Shown here: piece after piece, positions 36,302 to 38,945 of the stretch | How the letters are laid out: each line of letters opens with the position of its first letter | Position numbering within the stretch: the first letter of the stretch is position 1 | DNA from: a virus | Taxonomy: Duplodnaviria; Caudoviricetes | Virus record (IMG/VR): IMGVR_UViG_3300030376_005405 | Coordinates: 1 to 38,945 of that record | Reading direction: 5' to 3' (one strand) | DNA length: 38,945 nt | The notes under the pieces: generated by a model | Database searches by the model: none | The model's input: only the letters and a program-made list of their open reading frames with translations | What the model was told of the DNA's origin: nothing | Position numbers and translations under genes: made by a program

Positions 36302-37935
36302 ATCATTGGGCCGGGTGGCCCCGCTTGACGCATTTGGATTACATCATCGATACGAAGAATCATAGTCGCTGTTTCAGTAGCACTAGATACCGCCTGCCTT
36401 ACTACACTCATTGGTTCAATGACACCGTGATCAAGCATGTTGTCGATTAGTATATCCACATCATCATCAGTGACATAAACACCGTGACAGTGCTGACCAT
36501 GTCCATGTGCTTTCCTAAGAGCAATGATTGTATCAACTGGGTCCATCCCAGCGTTTTCAGCAATAGTTGCAGGAATCTCCTCTAATGCAGTAGCATATGC
36601 CTCAACTGCCATCTGTTTACGGCCAGCCACTGTGGATGCAAACTCTCTCAAGTCCTTAGCCATTCTAGCAAATGTAGCACCGCCGCCAACTAGAACCTGT
36701 GACTCGTTAATGACTAGAGATACTACTCCAAGGGCATCATCAAATGCTCTCTCAATCTCCTCAACAATGTGACTGGTTCCACCACGCAACACAACTGTGA
36801 CCGCTTTACCGTCAGTGGACACGCCACCGATAGATGTCACGATGTTCTCTCCTAGTCGTTCCTCCATTGCATAACCGGCACTGCCTAAGTCCTCACTGGT
36901 CAGGTCGTCTAGGTCACTAATTACTTTAGCACCAGTTGCCTTTGACACTGACGATAGTTGTGACTTGCGACAGGATTGTAATGCCATGATGCCAGCCTTA
37001 GCCATGTAATGTAATGCTAAGTCGTCAATCTTCTTCTGACATAACACAACATTCACCTTTGCATCAACAAACTTGTTGACCATATCCTTCAAGGCCTTCT
37101 CTTCTTGGTCAAGGAAGTCTTGCATTTGGTCAGGGCTAGTGATACTGATTCTAGCATCGACTTCAGTCTTCTTTACTTCGATAGGAAAATCGATCAATGC
37201 AATGATTGCGCCATCAACTGCTGTCGGCATACCATTGTGAGCCTTCTCTTTTTCTAGGACAATTCCGTCGAGTAAATATGAGTCTTCGACACTGCCACCA
37301 GTCGCACATACAACATTGATGTCGTCTAGGTTTGGTGGCGTTATACCGTCTGACAAAGACTCAACAGCATCGCCAGCAATAGTCGCAATGACATTCTTAA
37401 CGCTCTCGTGAGTATCTGTAAACTTGCCAGTCAATGCTGTTTCAGCACAAGCCATAGCAATTGAACGATAGCCCTCGCCGATATGCTTCTTCAGTTTGTT
37501 GCTTGGGACAGCACATTGCTCTAGGGTTTCTAAAGCCTTAGAAGATGCTAGCCTATATCCTGATGCAATCACAGTCGGATGCACATTCTTTTCGATCAGT
37601 GCTTCGCTCTCCTTGAGTAAAGCACCAGCAAATACAACCGATGTAGTAGTCCCGTCATAACACTGTGACTCTTGAGTCTTCGACACTTCGATAACCATCT
37701 TTGCCGCTGGATGTTCAACATTGATTTCCCGCAGGATAGTAGCACCGTCATTTGTAATCAGGACATCGCCCAAACCATTGACTAGCATCTTGTCCATCCC
37801 CTTTGGACCGAGAGTCGATTTGACAGCGTCAGCAACCGCTTTTGCGGCGGCTATGTTGTTACCCTGTGCGCTTTTTCCTCTCGTTCTATCTGTTCCTTCA
37901 GGCATTATGAAAATAGGCTGTCCATGCGGTTGCAT
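36298..37935 (-). CDS. thsA: Thermosome subunit (group II chaperonin)
   Basis: [61 protein letters not shown]. Confidence 0.97.
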   Translation of the reverse strand: MQPHGQPIFIMPEGTDRTRGKSAQGNNIAAAKAVADAVKSTLGPKGMDKMLVNGLGDVLITNDGATILREINVEHPAAKMVIEVSKTQESQCYDGTTTSVVFAGALLKESEALIEKNVHPTVIASGYRLASSKALETLEQCAVPSNKLKKHIGEGYRSIAMACAETALTGKFTDTHESVKNVIATIAGDAVESLSDGITPPNLDDINVVCATGGSVEDSYLLDGIVLEKEKAHNGMPTAVDGAIIALIDFPIEVKKTEVDARISITSPDQMQDFLDQEEKALKDMVNKFVDAKVNVVLCQKKIDDLALHYMAKAGIMALQSCRKSQLSSVSKATGAKVISDLDDLTSEDLGSAGYAMEERLGENIVTSIGGVSTDGKAVTVVLRGGTSHIVEEIERAFDDALGVVSLVINESQVLVGGGATFARMAKDLREFASTVAGRKQMAVEAYATALEEIPATIAENAGMDPVDTIIALRKAHGHGQHCHGVYVTDDDVDILIDNMLDHGVIEPMSVVRQAVSSATETATMILRIDDVIQMRQAGPPGPMM

Positions 37936-37957
37936 ATCCCTGCTGATGAAGGTCTAG

Positions 37958-37972
37958 CATTTCAAGGCTCAC
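37958..37972 (-). promoter_or_regulatory. Putative promoter GTGAGCC-TTGAAATG (leaderless thermosome mRNA)
   Basis: Recurrent motif; 22 nt from the end of the box to ATG 37935; no clear SD. Confidence 0.7.
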
Positions 37973-38529
37973 TAAGCCCACCAGTCAGGTGCTGGCCGTA
38001 TTTTCTCCCACTGTGGCCTGCGAGGGTCCTTGAAATTGAACACCTTTGATTTGTAATACTCTCGATAAGAATGAACGGCATCTTCGCTTCTAAACTCATC
38101 AGGCATTGCCAATGCAAACGGTGTCATCTCATCAGACTTATCGAATGGTTTAGCCTCGTGCATTTCGATCAGTTGTTTAATGACCGCTTTGCATCGATGA
38201 GGTTTCCCTCCTCCCACTAAAGGGTGCTTTGCATCAGGACTACTCTTCTTTCGGTATTCGTATTCCTCGCATAGAGCCAGCCCTAATTCGCCTAGCCACT
38301 TGAAGTTACCATTGGAATCTCCCGCCCATAGTGTGCATGGGTGGTTCTTGTGTGTTACACCATAGGGCCGCCCTGACGATGACAACGGCATCTCCTGCGG
38401 GTCATGCCCATTAGCAACCAATGCGGCCACCATCATTTGAGCGCATTCCAATATCTGTTTGATTACATGAATGTCGCAATGCATTTCAGCGCAAATCTTT
38501 GCTAATCGGTGTAAAACAAATATGTTCAG
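37972..38529 (-). CDS. Pyrimidine-dimer DNA glycosylase/T4 endonuclease V-like family protein, CTG start
   Basis: (L/M)NIFVL......CAEMHCDIHVIKQILECAQM...THKNHPCTLW...NFKWL...LCEEYEYR...FALAMPD...AV.SYR.YY...P.W is the family pattern. Confidence 0.85.
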   Translation of the reverse strand: MNIFVLHRLAKICAEMHCDIHVIKQILECAQMMVAALVANGHDPQEMPLSSSGRPYGVTHKNHPCTLWAGDSNGNFKWLGELGLALCEEYEYRKKSSPDAKHPLVGGGKPHRCKAVIKQLIEMHEAKPFDKSDEMTPFALAMPDEFRSEDAVHSYREYYKSKVFNFKDPRRPQWEKIRPAPDWWA

Positions 38530-38945
38530 TTAATCGCCTCCGTATGCCTGCAAGAGTCTTTGATATTAGGGTTATACCCTGAACATCCCATGAAAGGACC
38601 CTTTTTGCCATTACGGGTTCTAAGTGTTCCAAAGTGGCACTTAGGGCATTTACGCTGTGGTTGCCATTTGTAATTCCAATACTCATCGATCACTGGCTCA
38701 AAACGCTTCAACAAGTTGAGCCTCCAATTTACGACACGATGAACACGCTTGAATGATTTATGCCAAGGATAACCTTCAGGGTCAACTAATACCACCCTGA
38801 TAGCATCAGCACCTTTCTTGCGGCCTGATGAATTGCGTATATCGATTGACGAGTATATCCTGATACGACATCCAGTGTCGTCATACTCACGCTCATACAC
38901 CGCTTCTTTGCAGTAGTGACCAACCTCATCAGGTTCTATTCGTCT
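38526..38945 (-). CDS. Protein with C-terminal topoisomerase-type C4 zinc ribbon; 5'-truncated
   Basis: CPKCHFGTLRTRNGKKGPFMGCSGY...C.HT; the frame stays open from 38900 to the window end. Confidence 0.75.
   Translation of the reverse strand, partial: RRIEPDEVGHYCKEAVYEREYDDTGCRIRIYSSIDIRNSSGRKKGADAIRVVLVDPEGYPWHKSFKRVHRVVNWRLNLLKRFEPVIDEYWNYKWQPQRKCPKCHFGTLRTRNGKKGPFMGCSGYNPNIKDSCRHTEAIN

Noticed and set aside
38486-38686. 66-aa ORF from the track
   Set aside because: Overlaps two better-supported genes in other frames.
1-38945. tRNA/rRNA genes, integrase, transposase, reverse transcriptase/DGR, DNA polymerase, capsid/terminase, inteins
   Set aside because: None recognised by eye; polymerase and head genes presumably lie outside the window.

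Overview
About 39 kb of a tailed (Caudoviricetes-type) archaeal virus genome. The gene set (group II chaperonin, fused PriS-PriL primase, MCM-like helicase, XPF/ERCC4 nuclease, TFB-like protein, GGAGG/GGTGA Shine-Dalgarno sites, TATA-type promoters) best fits a magrovirus-like virus of Marine Group II/Poseidoniales Euryarchaeota; this host assignment is an inference. The + strand (1-16156) carries a tail module with two giant proteins and baseplate/fibre genes, followed by a basic protein and a divergent C5 DNA methyltransferase. The - strand (16104-35354) carries a replication/recombination/transcription block and many small accessory genes. A phased-T-tract non-coding region (35355-35615) precedes a thermosome and a pyrimidine-dimer glycosylase. 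Main observations: (1) three intact but apparently catalytically dead enzymes (ATP-dependent ligase, DEDD exonuclease, LAGLIDADG) in the replication block; (2) an adjacent TFB-like + PC4-like pair together with a recurrent promoter motif GTGAGCC-TTGAAA; (3) a baseplate-hub fold apparently split across two giant in-frame ORFs; (4) a CTG-initiated repair gene; (5) three unannotated zinc-finger microproteins. All calls come from reading motifs by eye; no searches were run.
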